A stretch of 63,408 nucleotides of DNA, filler included, from Nitrospinota bacterium (GCA_030620925.1; 8 parts of 8 records of this genome joined end to end with filler, not necessarily neighbours in it); one strand, 5' to 3'. Shown: positions 51,636 through 62,680, counted from the whole stretch's first letter. Notes: generated from the letters alone by a model not told the origin. Numbers and translations are program-made.

Positions 51636-52697
51636 ATGCAAATAGCTACCACAGTAATCTATTTCATCATCGTGATAGGCATACTCATCTTCATCCACGA
51701 ATTAGGCCACTTTCTGTTCGCCAAGAGGTTGGGTGTGGGGGTCCTTAAGTTTTCGCTCGGCTTCGGGCCTAAACTGGTGGGGAAAAAGAAGGGAGAGACG
51801 GAGTATGTGATCTCGGCCGTTCCACTGGGTGGTTACGTAAAAATGATGGGGGATGACCCTTCAGAAGAAGCCCAGGACCCGGAAAAATCATTTTCAGAGA
51901 AACCCCTGCCAAGCAGACTGGCCATAGTGGCCGCGGGGCCGGGGTTTAACTTCCTGCTGGCAGTCGTTCTTTTCGCCGTCCTGCACATGATAGGAATACC
52001 TACGCTCACGACGAGAGTTGGAGAGGTTGTACCGGATTCACCTGCTATGCAGGCGGGAATACTTAATGGGGATAAGATAATCGCCGCAGAGGGGCGGAAA
52101 ATAAAAGACTTTGATGATTTGCGCAAAATGGTTATGAACAATGCCGGTAAGACCATCACCTTTAAAATTCAGCGGGGGGAGAGCGTCTTCGATGTTCAGA
52201 TAACTCCCGAACCGATGGAAACAAAGAACATCTTCGGTGAAACCGTTCAGACCGGGGTCATCGGAGTGAAGGCGGATGAAGTGGTGACAGAGAGATACAA
52301 TCCCGCAATGGCAATATTTAAAGGGGCAAAGTTGACCGGAAGCGTTACTCGGCTCACAGTCGTAAGCATAGTAAAAATAATCCAGGGAAAACTCTCGCCC
52401 AAGAACATTGCCGGTCCCATAGGCATAGCTACCATTGTCGGCGAACAAGCTAGACAGGGGATATTAAGTGTTATTTCATTGACGGCAGTTTTGAGTTTAA
52501 GCCTGGGGGTTATAAACCTTGTGCCGCTGCCAGCGCTTGACGGCGGGCATATACTGTTTTTTGCCGTGGAAGCCGTATCCAGAAAACCTTTCACCATCCG
52601 TCAGCGCGAGGTCGCCCAGCAGATAGGAATCATGCTCCTGATACTGCTCATGGTCTACGTTGTTTACAACGACATACTGCGCATAGTAGAAAAATGA
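51636..52697 (+). CDS. rseP: RIP metalloprotease RseP
   Basis: HELGH, FSLGFGP, PLGGYVKM, PDZ domain, NLVPLPALDGGH. Confidence 0.95.
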   Translation: MQIATTVIYFIIVIGILIFIHELGHFLFAKRLGVGVLKFSLGFGPKLVGKKKGETEYVISAVPLGGYVKMMGDDPSEEAQDPEKSFSEKPLPSRLAIVAAGPGFNFLLAVVLFAVLHMIGIPTLTTRVGEVVPDSPAMQAGILNGDKIIAAEGRKIKDFDDLRKMVMNNAGKTITFKIQRGESVFDVQITPEPMETKNIFGETVQTGVIGVKADEVVTERYNPAMAIFKGAKLTGSVTRLTVVSIVKIIQGKLSPKNIAGPIGIATIVGEQARQGILSVISLTAVLSLSLGVINLVPLPALDGGHILFFAVEAVSRKPFTIRQREVAQQIGIMLLILLMVYVVYNDILRIVEK

Positions 52698-52733
52698 ACT
52701 CTTCACAATTCGCTTTAATTATCGGTTACGTAG

Positions 52734-53846
52734 TTGCATTTCCAAAATCAGGCTTTTGAGGTGGAAGGACAAATAGCTTCGACTCATATAAAAAGGAGAC
52801 GCACCAGACAGATAAAATTGGGCTGTCTGGCGGTGGGCGGAGAGGCTCCCATATCCGTCCAATCCATGACCAAGACCTCCACATCGGACGTGGAGGCCAC
52901 CGCCGCCCAGATAGCAGAGCTGGAGGAAGCAGGCTGCGAGGTGGTGCGCGTGGCCGTGCCTGACTCTGAAACCGCCCGTGCAATAGGTAAACTCAAAGGG
53001 CGTACCCGGCTGCCAATCGTGGCCGATATACATTTCGATCACCGTCTGGCCCTCATGGCACTGGAGGAAGGGGCCGACGGGCTGCGCATAAACCCCGGCA
53101 ACATAGGTTCTCGGTCCAGAGTTGAGGAAGTGGCTGAGAAAGCCGCTCGAGCGGAGGCACCCATCCGGATAGGCGTCAACAGCGGCTCCCTGGAGAAGGA
53201 TATCCTCGCCCGGTATGGGCAACCCACAGCGGAGGCGCTCGTGGAGAGCGCATTAAGGCAAGTGAGCGTTCTTCAAGAACTCGACTTTCACCAGGTTAAA
53301 ATCTCGCTCAAGTCCTCCCACGTTGTTACAACGATACAGGCTTATCGTAAAATCTCCGAGATGGTCGATTATCCCCTCCACCTGGGGGTTACAGAGGCAG
53401 GTACCCTGCTGCCCTCTGCCATAAAATCTTCAGTAGGAATAGGCGCCCTGCTGCTGGACGGCATCGGGGACACCATACGGGTATCCATAACCGGCAATCC
53501 GGTTGAGGAGGTGAAAGTCGGTCGCCAACTGCTCAAAGCATTGGGCCTGCGCGACGCGGGCATAGAAATCATCTCCTGCCCCACCTGCGGCCGATGCACG
53601 AGCGACCTGATAAGCACGGTAGAACGGGTGGAAAAGGAAGTCAGCAATATGGATGGAAATCTTAAGGTAGCCATCATGGGATGTGAGGTTAACGGCCCGG
53701 GCGAGGCAAGAAGCGCCGACGTGGGTGTGGCTTACGGCAAAGACGGAGGGCTGCTGTTTAAAAAAGGTGAAATAGCCGGAAAGCTGAAACAGGAAGAAAT
53801 TTACGAAGCCCTTATGAAAGAAATCAATAGCCTAATCGGAAGGTAA
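52734..53846 (+). CDS. ispG: HMBPP synthase IspG (start may be slightly downstream)
   Basis: VQSMT, ADIHFD, RINPGNIG, SCPTCGR, MGCEVNGPGEA. Confidence 0.96.
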   Translation: MHFQNQAFEVEGQIASTHIKRRRTRQIKLGCLAVGGEAPISVQSMTKTSTSDVEATAAQIAELEEAGCEVVRVAVPDSETARAIGKLKGRTRLPIVADIHFDHRLALMALEEGADGLRINPGNIGSRSRVEEVAEKAARAEAPIRIGVNSGSLEKDILARYGQPTAEALVESALRQVSVLQELDFHQVKISLKSSHVVTTIQAYRKISEMVDYPLHLGVTEAGTLLPSAIKSSVGIGALLLDGIGDTIRVSITGNPVEEVKVGRQLLKALGLRDAGIEIISCPTCGRCTSDLISTVERVEKEVSNMDGNLKVAIMGCEVNGPGEARSADVGVAYGKDGGLLFKKGEIAGKLKQEEIYEALMKEINSLIGR

Positions 53847-53851
53847 AATGA

Positions 53852-55502
53852 ATGCGACTCTCCGGAATGCTGTTACATACGACCAGAGAAGTCCCGGCCG
53901 ATGCAGAAGTGATCAGCCACCAATTGATGCTCAGAGCCGGTATGATACGACAAGTAGCAGCGGGCATCTATATGATACTACCTATGGGCTACAAGGTGCT
54001 CAAAAAAGTGGAAAACATAATACGCGAAGAGATGGACCGCGCCGGCGCCCAGGAAATGCTCATGCCCGCCCTGAACCCCGCCGAGCTATGGATCGAGAGC
54101 GGCCGTTGGAACGTCTACGGCAAGGAACTGATCCGCCTTAAGGACAGAAGGGGCAGGGATTTCTGCCTGGGCCCCACCCATGAGGAAATGTTTACAGACC
54201 TTATACGAAAGGAAATACGTTCTTACCGCAGCCTTCCCCTCAACCTGTACCAGATACAAACCAAGTTCCGCGACGAGTATCGCCCCCGCTTCGGAATAAT
54301 GCGGGGGAGAGAGTTCCTCATGAAGGACGCCTATAGCTTCGACACTGACGATGAAGGGGCCGACGCCAGCTATAAATCAATGTACGAGGCTTACACGCTC
54401 ATCTTCAAGCGCTGCGGCCTGCGCTTTCGTGCCGTAGAGGCCGATTCAGGCCCTATCGGGGGGAGCGTGTCTAATGAATTCATGGTCCTGGCCGAAAGCG
54501 GCGAGGATGAAATAGTTCACTGTGTGGCCTGCGACTACGCGTCTAACGTAACTAAAGCGGAAACGCTGGAAGTGGACTACCCGGCGGGCGAGCAATCCAG
54601 GCCGATGGAAAAGGTCCACACGCCGGAGATGAAAACGGTAGATGAGGTTTGCCGCTTCTTGAAAGTTACTTCAAAGGAACTGGTAAAAACCATGATCTAC
54701 CTGGCGGACGATACCCCCCTTGCGGTGCTGGTGCGAGGAGATCATATGGTCAACGAGGCCAAGCTCTTGAATTTCTCCGGCGCACAGGAGTTGAAGATGG
54801 CCGACAGCGCCGCCATACAGAAGATCACGGGGGGGCCTGAGGGTTTCTCTGGTCCGGTGGGGCTTGAGGGAATAAAAGTAATCGCCGACTTAGCCGTAAA
54901 AGGGCTGAAAAATTTCGTAACCGGCGCAAACGAAAATGACTACCATCTTCTGAGCGTCAATATCGGCAGAGACTTCGAGGTTCACGACTTTCAGGATTTA
55001 AGGTTATTAGAGGCGGATGACCCTTGCCCCAGATGCGGCTCCACACTGACCATCGAAAAAGGAATAGAAGTGGGGCACGTTTTCAAACTGGGCACCAAAT
55101 ACAGCCAGGCGCTCAAAGCCACCTTTCAAGATGCCCAGGGTGAGGAGAAATTAATCATTATGGGCTGCTACGGCATCGGTGTGGGAAGGTCGATGGCGGC
55201 AGCAATTGAACAGAACCATGACGAAGATGGAATAATCTGGCCCATGCCCATTGCTCCCTACCATGTTTATATTCTGCCCGTCAGCATGAAGGACGGAGAA
55301 GTGCTCAGCGCCGCCGAAGATATTTATTCAGCTTGCATAGAAGCCGGGCTGGAAGCAATCATAGATGACCGCGACGAGAGAGCAGGGGTAAAATTCAAAG
55401 ATGCAGACCTATAATGTATACCCTTTCGCCTGACAGTGTGCTCCAAAAACCTGCCACAAAACAAATTCGAATTGCGCAGCAGAATCGACGGCTCAGTCAC
55501 CA
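53852..55502 (+). CDS. proS: Proline--tRNA ligase (apparent stop at 55412-55414 in a low-quality contig end; truncated)
   Basis: LGPTHEE, QTKFRDE.RPRFG.MRGREF.MKDAYSF, GIEVGHVF, MGCYGIG; homology continues in frame past the TAA. Confidence 0.95.
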
Positions 55503-55602
55503 NNNNNNNNNNNNNNNNNNNNNNNNNNNNNNNNNNNNNNNNNNNNTTAATTAATTAANNNNNNNNNNNNNNNNNNNNNNNNNNNNNNNNNNNNNNNNNN
55601 NN
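55503..55602. other. Artificial contig linker
   Basis: N-TTAATTAATTAA-N. Confidence 0.99.
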
Positions 55603-55618
55603 GAGCGGAAGAGGAAGA

Positions 55619-56260
55619 ATGGAAGATACCACCATAACTGCGAACATGGTTAAAGAATTGAGAGAAAAAACCGGGGCGGGAATAATGGACTGCAAGGAAG
55701 CCCTCAAAGCCTCTTCAGGAGACGTGGAAAAGGCCATCGAGTACCTGCGTAAAAAAGGTCAGATCAAGGCCGCCAAGAAAGAAGGGCGGGCAACCGGTGA
55801 GGGGCTGGTGGGTTCATATATTCACGCCGGCGGGAAGATAGGGACGCTGGTCGAAGTCTGCTGCGAGACCGACTTCGTGGGCAAAACCGACGAATTCGGA
55901 CAACTGGTGAAGGATTTGGCCATGCAGATAGCGGCTACCGATCCCGACTACCTTTCACCCGAAGACGTTCCCCCTGAAGTTGTGGAGAAAGAGAAAGACA
56001 TTTACAGGGCCGAAGCCCTGGAGGCCGGCAGGCCGGAGAAAGTGCTCGATAATATAGCCGAAGGCAAGATGAAGAAGTTTTACCAGGAACGATGCCTCCT
56101 GGAGCAGCCTTTCATAAAAGATTCCGACGTCACCATCGGAGAGGTTCTGAAAGGCCATATCACCAAGTTCGGTGAGAACATCACCATCAGGAGGTTTTCA
56201 CGATACCGGGTTGGGGAAGAGGTTGACAACCAGCCTCCCGACAAGCCCGAAGAGAGTTGA
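55619..56260 (+). CDS. tsf: Elongation factor Ts (short form)
   Basis: VKELREKTGAGIMDCK, ETDFV. Confidence 0.97.
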   Translation: MEDTTITANMVKELREKTGAGIMDCKEALKASSGDVEKAIEYLRKKGQIKAAKKEGRATGEGLVGSYIHAGGKIGTLVEVCCETDFVGKTDEFGQLVKDLAMQIAATDPDYLSPEDVPPEVVEKEKDIYRAEALEAGRPEKVLDNIAEGKMKKFYQERCLLEQPFIKDSDVTIGEVLKGHITKFGENITIRRFSRYRVGEEVDNQPPDKPEES

Positions 56261-56270
56261 GTTCTGAAGA

Positions 56271-56993
56271 ATGCCCGGGTTGAAGTACGATAGAGTCCTC
56301 CTCAAGCTTTCAGGAGAGGTTTTCCTGGGAGATAAGGATTACGGCGTAGACCTCCCCGCGATCAGAGAGTTCGCTGCGGAGATACAAGAGGTCTATCTAA
56401 TGGGGGGATGCCAGATAGCGGTGGTCATCGGGGGAGGGAACATAATCCGCGGTGAGATAGCCAGCAGGGACGGCATGGAACGCGCCTCCTCGGATTTTAT
56501 GGGGATGCTGGCAACGGTCATAAACGGATTGGCCCTCCAGGACGCTCTGGAAAAGCTCGACGTGGAAACCAGGCTGCAGACGGCTATAGAGATGCGCGAC
56601 CTGGCGGAACCCTACATCAGGCGCAGGGCCATCAGGCACCTGGAGAAAGGACGGGTTGTAATCCTGGGGGCGGGAACCGGAAGCCCCTATTTCTCCACCG
56701 ATACTGCGGCGTCCTTGAGGGCTTTGGAGATAGGGGCGGATGTTATTCTCAAAGCCACCAAAGTGGAAGGCGTATTCGAATCGGACCCCATGGTGAACAA
56801 GGAAGCCAAGCTGTTCTCCAATCTGACCTATATAGATTTCCTTCAGAAGGGACTCAAAGTTATGGATGCCACCGCCATATCCATGTGTATGGACCACGGT
56901 CTGCCCATAATAGTGTTCAACATCATGGAGAATGGAAACCTTAAAAGAGTTATGATGGGCGAGGAATTAGGTACCACAGTCAGGGGTGCGTGA
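56271..56993 (+). CDS. pyrH: UMP kinase
   Basis: LLKLSGE, GGGNI, GMLAT, FSTDTAA. Confidence 0.97.
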   Translation: MPGLKYDRVLLKLSGEVFLGDKDYGVDLPAIREFAAEIQEVYLMGGCQIAVVIGGGNIIRGEIASRDGMERASSDFMGMLATVINGLALQDALEKLDVETRLQTAIEMRDLAEPYIRRRAIRHLEKGRVVILGAGTGSPYFSTDTAASLRALEIGADVILKATKVEGVFESDPMVNKEAKLFSNLTYIDFLQKGLKVMDATAISMCMDHGLPIIVFNIMENGNLKRVMMGEELGTTVRGA

Positions 56994-57553
56994 AGATGGT
57001 TGATAAAATTTATAAAGACGTTGACGGCAAGATGAAAAAATCCATTGAACACCTTAAGAAGGACCTCAACAGCATCCGCACCGGAAGAGCTTCAGTTTCC
57101 CTACTGGAAGGTATAAACGTGGATTATTACGGAGAACCGACCCCCCTCAATCAGATGGCCACCATCTCTGTGCCGGAAAGCAGACTGCTCACTATCCAAC
57201 CCTGGGACCCCACCCTCCTTGAAAAGGTGGAGAAAGCCATCCTCCAGTCCGACCTGGGTCTCACCCCTTCCAACGACGGCAAGATAATAAGGGTGAGCAT
57301 CCCCATGCTCACCGAAGAGCGCAGGGAACAACTGGTGAAACTGGTCAAGAAGATAGCCGAGGAATCCAAAGTTGCCGTGCGCAACATCCGCAGAGAGGGG
57401 AACGAGAGCCTCAAGGCCATGGAAAAGAGCAAGGATATCAGCCAGGACGATTATCATAAGGCCATGGACCGCGTCCAGAAGATAACCGATGGTTTCGTTA
57501 CCGATGTGGATGAAATCATCAACGGCAAAGAACAGGAGATAATGGAGGGGTAA
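56990..57553 (+). CDS. frr: Ribosome recycling factor
   Basis: IRTGRA, YYG..TPL, LTEERR, VRNIRR. Confidence 0.97.
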   Translation: MKMVDKIYKDVDGKMKKSIEHLKKDLNSIRTGRASVSLLEGINVDYYGEPTPLNQMATISVPESRLLTIQPWDPTLLEKVEKAILQSDLGLTPSNDGKIIRVSIPMLTEERREQLVKLVKKIAEESKVAVRNIRREGNESLKAMEKSKDISQDDYHKAMDRVQKITDGFVTDVDEIINGKEQEIMEG

Positions 57554-57603
57554 CGATCGGCCCGCTGCGTGCACCCCTTTAGCGATGGTGAGGGGATTCA
57601 TTC

Positions 57604-58365
57604 TTGTTAGATGAAAAGTTATTGAAAAAAATCGATATGCAGCGGTTGCCCGTCCACGTGGCTATCATCATGGACGGCAACGGCAGGTGGGCCAAAAAAA
57701 GGCACCTGCCCAGAATAGAAGGGCACAGGGCGGGGGTGAAGTCGGTCGATGACATGGTCACCACCGCCAGAAAGCTGGGAGTAAAGGCGCTCACCCTTTA
57801 CGCCCTCTCCACTGAAAACCTCAGCAGGCCCAAAGACGAAGTGCGCGGGCTCATGAAGCTCCTCCAGGAATACCTCATCAAAGAACTCCTCAGGCTCTGC
57901 CGGGAAAATATCAGGCTGGAAACCATAGGCGAAGTCGAACAGCTCACCCCTGTGGTGAGAGAAGCCTTGAAAAAGGTCAAAGAGGAGACCGCCGGTAACT
58001 CCGCCATGGTTCTTATTCTTGCGCTTAATTACGGGGCCAGGGCGGAGATAGTGGAAGCGGTTACCAAAATGGTTAGGCAAGTCCAGAATGGGGGACTCCG
58101 GGAGGAAGATATAGACGAGAGTAGTTTTTCCCGTTTCCTGCATACCTCCAACCTGCCGGAACCCGATCTCCTCATCCGCACCAGCGGGGAGAAGAGGGTA
58201 AGTAATTTCCTGCTCTGGCAGATGGCCTACACCGAGCTCTACTTCACCGACACTCTGTGGCCGGACTTCAGAGGCGACGACTTGCTAAGGGCCATTATAG
58301 AATTCCAGGGAAGGGACCGCAGGTTCGGCCTTACCGAGGAACAGGCTTTCTCCCTCAAGAGGTAA
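57604..58365 (+). CDS. uppS: Undecaprenyl diphosphate synthase
   Basis: HVAIIMDGNGRWA, STEN..R, IRTSGE.R.SNFLLWQ. Confidence 0.97.
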   Translation: MLDEKLLKKIDMQRLPVHVAIIMDGNGRWAKKRHLPRIEGHRAGVKSVDDMVTTARKLGVKALTLYALSTENLSRPKDEVRGLMKLLQEYLIKELLRLCRENIRLETIGEVEQLTPVVREALKKVKEETAGNSAMVLILALNYGARAEIVEAVTKMVRQVQNGGLREEDIDESSFSRFLHTSNLPEPDLLIRTSGEKRVSNFLLWQMAYTELYFTDTLWPDFRGDDLLRAIIEFQGRDRRFGLTEEQAFSLKR

Positions 58366-58373
58366 TATCCGCT

Positions 58374-59177
58374 TTGAAACGCATACTGGGAGCCCTTCTT
58401 TTCGCCCCCATCGCTATTCTGCTGGTATATTTCAGCACCCCCCTCATCTTTTTCATAGCCGTCAGCGTCGTGGTCGGCATCTGTATGCTGGAATTTTACC
58501 ACCTGATGGAAGTGCGGGGGACACCGGTGCGCAGGTATGCGGGCGTTTTCCAGGGGTTCCTGGTGGTTTTCGCCTTTTACCAGGGGGGGTTGTCCCTCAC
58601 CGCATTTATAGTATCCGCGGGAACGATAGGTCTTTTCATGAGTGCTCTGGTGGGGAGGGAAGACCTTTCCAGGGCGTTTGAGAAGACCGCCTATACCCTT
58701 GTGGGAATTTTCTACGTGGGCTGGCTGCTGGCTCACCTGGTTTTGTTGCACCGGATGGATGGGGGCAGGTTTTATATCCTGTTCCTTCTCCTGGTGATCT
58801 GGTTCGGTGATATTGCGGCGTACTACGTGGGGAAAAACTTCGGCCGGCGCAAGCTGGCGTCGGAAATCAGCCCCGCAAAGACCGTCGAAGGAACCGGGGC
58901 GGGGCTTGGAGGCTCCGTGGCGGGTGCTTTCGTGGCGAGATGGCTTTTCCTGGGACAACTTTCCGCAGTAGACGCACTGTTTCTGGGAGTCCTTCTGGGT
59001 CTGCTGGGCCAGTTGGGCGACCTCAGCGAATCGGTGGTAAAAAGGAGCGCAGGGGCCAAGGATTCCGGCAGGCTTATCCCCGGGCACGGGGGCCTGTTAG
59101 ACCGCCTGGACAGCCTGCTTTTTTCCGCTCCCATCCTATATTATTATATGTTAACATGGGTTCAGATAATAAAGTGA
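58374..59177 (+). CDS. cdsA: Phosphatidate cytidylyltransferase
   Basis: ISP.KT.EG, DL.ES..KR..G.KDSG..IPGHGG.LDRLDS; TTG start after GAGG. Confidence 0.95.
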   Translation: MKRILGALLFAPIAILLVYFSTPLIFFIAVSVVVGICMLEFYHLMEVRGTPVRRYAGVFQGFLVVFAFYQGGLSLTAFIVSAGTIGLFMSALVGREDLSRAFEKTAYTLVGIFYVGWLLAHLVLLHRMDGGRFYILFLLLVIWFGDIAAYYVGKNFGRRKLASEISPAKTVEGTGAGLGGSVAGAFVARWLFLGQLSAVDALFLGVLLGLLGQLGDLSESVVKRSAGAKDSGRLIPGHGGLLDRLDSLLFSAPILYYYMLTWVQIIK

Positions 59178-59223
59178 TGGGGTATGTTTTCCGTAAGTCG
59201 AAGGTTTCTCACCTCGTATCGCC

Positions 59224-60384
59224 ATGGAAAATAAAAACGTCGCCGTACTGGGTTCCACAGGTTCCATAGGTGTCAACACGCTGGCCGTGATCGGAGAAAA
59301 TGCAGACAAATTCCGGGTCACGGCCCTCTCCGCTTATGAGAACGTAGACCTGCTGGAAAAACAGGCCAGGGAATTTCGCCCCCAGGTCGTCGCCATATAT
59401 CAGGAAGAGCTCGCCCCCGAACTTAAACGACGGCTCAGGGACACGGAGATGGAAGTGGCCTCGGGCATAGAGGGGATATGCCGCGCCTCCACCCTTCCCC
59501 TGACGGATACAGTGGTCATGGCCATATCGGGGTCCGAGGGATTGCTGCCCGCCCTGTCCGCCATAAGGGCCGGTAAAGATCTCGCGCTTGCCACCAAAGA
59601 AGTGATGGTGATGGCCGGCGACCTCATAACCAGAGAGGCGGAGAAGAAGGGCCGGATTATTCCCATAGACAGCGAGCACAGCGCCATTTTTCAGTCGATG
59701 GCCGGCGCCGGAAAGGAAGACGTCAAGCGAATCATACTCACCGCATCGGGGGGTCCCTTCTACGACAGCGATGAGGCACAACTGGAGAACGCATCCCTCC
59801 AGGAGGCCCTGAACCACCCCAACTGGGAAATGGGGCGGAAGATAACCATCGACTGCGCCACCCTCATGAACAAGGGGTTGGAGGTGATCGCCGCCCGGTG
59901 GCTGTTCGATGTTGAGGCTGAGAAAATCAAAGTGCTCATCCATCCCCAGAGCATAGTGCACTCGATGGTCGAGTTCGTGGACGGCTCCATCATCGCCCAG
60001 TTGAGCATACCCGACATGCGGCTCCCAATCTCCTACGCGCTTAATTATCCCCGGAGGCTCCCCAACGGGCTCCCCGAGCTCGATCTGGCCGAAGTGGGGA
60101 CGCTCACCTTCCAGGAACCCGACGTGGAGAGGTTCCCGTGCCTGAAATACGGCTACGACGCCCTCAACCAGGGCGGCACGATGACCACCGTCCTCAACGC
60201 CGCCAACGAGTCCGCCGTGGAGGCTTTCATCGAGCAAAAGATCAGCTTTAAAAACATACCCCAGGTGATCAGGGAAGTCATGGATAAGCATCAGGTGAAG
60301 GAGATGGAGAGCCTGGAGCAGGTGTTACAAGTTGACAGATGGGCCAGGGAAGAGGCCCACCGCGTGATAGAAACGTGCCGGTAG
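59224..60384 (+). CDS. dxr: 1-deoxy-D-xylulose 5-phosphate reductoisomerase
   Basis: LGSTGSIG, PIDSEHSA, HPNW.MG.KITID, NAANE. Confidence 0.97.
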   Translation: MENKNVAVLGSTGSIGVNTLAVIGENADKFRVTALSAYENVDLLEKQAREFRPQVVAIYQEELAPELKRRLRDTEMEVASGIEGICRASTLPLTDTVVMAISGSEGLLPALSAIRAGKDLALATKEVMVMAGDLITREAEKKGRIIPIDSEHSAIFQSMAGAGKEDVKRIILTASGGPFYDSDEAQLENASLQEALNHPNWEMGRKITIDCATLMNKGLEVIAARWLFDVEAEKIKVLIHPQSIVHSMVEFVDGSIIAQLSIPDMRLPISYALNYPRRLPNGLPELDLAEVGTLTFQEPDVERFPCLKYGYDALNQGGTMTTVLNAANESAVEAFIEQKISFKNIPQVIREVMDKHQVKEMESLEQVLQVDRWAREEAHRVIETCR

Positions 60385-60426
60385 CAGTTCTCGATCTTCT
60401 TGGTAAGGGCGGCAGACAATAATCAG

Positions 60427-60867
60427 ATGAACCGTATAGCCAGATTTATCGCAACGGGAGCTTATATCGGGCATCTTTCAAGGGCTCCCGGAACCCTCGG
60501 TTCATTGGAAGGGGTGCTGATAGTTTTGGCGCTTCGGGGAAGGGAACCGGCGATATACGGGGTGGTTCTCGCCGCGGTGATAGCCGTTGGCCTGTGGGCT
60601 TCGGGGGCGGCGGAAAAAGAGTATGGCGTAGTTGATGACCAGCGGATAGTCATCGATGAGATAGCGGGTTTTCTCCTCACCATGTTACTCCTGCAAGTCA
60701 CCCTCCAGACCCTGGTGCTCGGTTTTGTCCTGTTCAGGGTCTACGACATCTGGAAACCTGTATCCCGCCTGGAGAAAATTCCCGGAGGGATGGGCATCAT
60801 GGCCGATGACCTGGCGGCGGGAGTCATGGCCAACGTGACGTTGAGGGCGATAGCCCTGGTATGGTAA
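60427..60867 (+). CDS. pgpA: Phosphatidylglycerophosphatase A
   Basis: APGT.GS, IVIDE..G, FR..DI.KP, GIMADD. Confidence 0.93.
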   Translation: MNRIARFIATGAYIGHLSRAPGTLGSLEGVLIVLALRGREPAIYGVVLAAVIAVGLWASGAAEKEYGVVDDQRIVIDEIAGFLLTMLLLQVTLQTLVLGFVLFRVYDIWKPVSRLEKIPGGMGIMADDLAAGVMANVTLRAIALVW

Positions 60868-60885
60868 GCCCGAGGACGGTCCATC

Positions 60886-61458
60886 ATGGAAAACATTCGC
60901 TCTTTCATCGCCGTTGAAATTCCGGAAACCGTGAAATCGCGCTTGGCCGAGGCCAGAAAAGCCTGCCAGCTACTTGACCCCTACACCAGATGGGTTAGGA
61001 TAGAGGGCATACATCTGACCCTCAAGTTCCTGGGAAACATAGAACTCTCACAGGTGGAGCCCGTATCCGACTGCATTCATGAAGCGGTGAAGGGGGTGAA
61101 GCCTTTCACGGTCAAGATCGGGGGGGCAGGAGTTTTCCCCAACCCAAGGTACCCCAGGGTGCTCTGGATAGGCATCACCGAGGGGCTGGAGCAGCTATCC
61201 AGCATCTATGAGGGGCTCGAGGACGGGTTAAAAGGGCTCGGGTTCGAGCCCGAATCGCGGCCGTTCCGCCCTCACCTCACCCTGGGCAGGTTCAGGGACG
61301 GCAGAAAAGCGGGGAGGGCTCTGAAGCAGGAGATGCTCGAGAAGGCGGCGCCCTGGGAAGAGAGCTTCACGGTCGAGGGGGTGAACTTAATACGCAGCCA
61401 GCTCCGCCCTTCCGGGGCCGTTTACACAGTTTTAAAAGAATGCCCGCTTTCGGATTGA
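60886..61458 (+). CDS. thpR: RNA 2',3'-cyclic phosphodiesterase (2H family)
   Basis: Two HxT motifs (HLTLKFLG, PHLTLGR). Confidence 0.93.
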   Translation: MENIRSFIAVEIPETVKSRLAEARKACQLLDPYTRWVRIEGIHLTLKFLGNIELSQVEPVSDCIHEAVKGVKPFTVKIGGAGVFPNPRYPRVLWIGITEGLEQLSSIYEGLEDGLKGLGFEPESRPFRPHLTLGRFRDGRKAGRALKQEMLEKAAPWEESFTVEGVNLIRSQLRPSGAVYTVLKECPLSD

Positions 61459-61469
61459 AGGTAACACTA

Positions 61470-61612
61470 TACGAGATGCCGGATACAAGACGCGCACAGC
61501 TGGAGGGACCACGATTTTTAAGAGCGGGGGGCGAATCCCTTCTCATTATTATATGGATTTTTGAGCTGATTCATCTATCATGTATCATGCGTTATGCATC
61601 GTGCATGATGCA
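61470..61612. repeat. Degenerate 7-nt tandem repeats in inverted arrangement upstream of recA
   Basis: tacgaga-tgccgga-tacaaga (61470-90) versus tcatcta-tcatgta-tcatgcg-ttatgca-tcgtgca-tgatgca (61571-612). Confidence 0.6.
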
Positions 61613-61633
61613 TCAAGAACCAAGGAGGCGTAA

Positions 61634-62680
61634 ATGGCAGGAAACGGCAGCAAAGATAAGGCTCTTGAGGCTGCGTTCTCGCAGATAGAGCGTCAATTCG
61701 GCAAGGGGGCCATAATGAAGCTCGGCGAGAGCGAAGCGCCCGTGGACGTCCCCTGCATCCCCACCGGCGCTATTTCACTCGACGCCGCCCTGGGCGTGGG
61801 CGGTATCCCCAGGGGAAGAGTCATAGAAGTTTACGGGCCGGAGGCATCAGGGAAGACGACCCTCACCCTGCACATCATCGCGGAGGCACAGAAGCAGGGC
61901 GGCGTTGCCGCCTTCATAGACGCAGAGCACGCCATGGACCCGTTCTACGTCGGCAAAGTGGGGGTCAACACCGATGAGCTGCTCATCTCACAGCCGGATA
62001 CCGGCGAGCAGGCCCTGGAGATAACCGAAGTCCTGGTGCGCAGCGGCGCCGTGGACGTCATCGTCATCGATTCCGTGGCCGCACTGGTGCCCAAGGCGGA
62101 AATCGACGGCGAAATGGGTGACGCCCACGTGGGCCTGCAGGCCCGCCTCATGTCTCAGGCGCTGCGCAAGCTGACGGCTATCATCAGCAAGTCCCACACC
62201 TCGGTGATCTTCATTAACCAGATACGCCATAAGATAGGAGTGATGTTCGGCAGCCCGGAGACCACCACCGGGGGAATGGCCCTCAAATTCTACGCCTCGG
62301 TCAGACTGGATATCAGGCGGATCGCCAGCATAAAGGACGGAGACGAAGTGGTGGGCAACAGGGCCAGGGTCAAGGTGGTCAAAAACAAGATCGCACCACC
62401 TTTCAAAGAAGCGGAGTTCGACATAATGTTCGGCCATGGAGTATCCAGGGAAGGAGACCTCCTCGACCTGGCCGCTGATAAAGGAATAGTGAGCAAGAGC
62501 GGTGCGTGGTATTCCTACCAGAGCGAGCGCATAGGCCAGGGCCGGGAAAACGCCAAAAAATTCCTCAAAGACAACACCGATGTGGCCGCTGAAATAGAAG
62601 CTGAAGTGAGAGAGGCGCTGGGGTTGACTAAAACCGCAGAGGCAACCACTGAAGAAGAGGAACCGGTGAAAGACGAATAA
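61634..62680 (+). CDS. recA: Recombinase A
   Basis: [35 protein letters not shown]. Confidence 0.99.
   Translation: MAGNGSKDKALEAAFSQIERQFGKGAIMKLGESEAPVDVPCIPTGAISLDAALGVGGIPRGRVIEVYGPEASGKTTLTLHIIAEAQKQGGVAAFIDAEHAMDPFYVGKVGVNTDELLISQPDTGEQALEITEVLVRSGAVDVIVIDSVAALVPKAEIDGEMGDAHVGLQARLMSQALRKLTAIISKSHTSVIFINQIRHKIGVMFGSPETTTGGMALKFYASVRLDIRRIASIKDGDEVVGNRARVKVVKNKIAPPFKEAEFDIMFGHGVSREGDLLDLAADKGIVSKSGAWYSYQSERIGQGRENAKKFLKDNTDVAAEIEAEVREALGLTKTAEATTEEEEPVKDE

Noticed and set aside
61459-61633. LexA/SOS box upstream of recA
   Set aside because: Neither CTGT-N8-ACAG nor GAAC-N4-GTTC is present; a lineage-specific box cannot be excluded.
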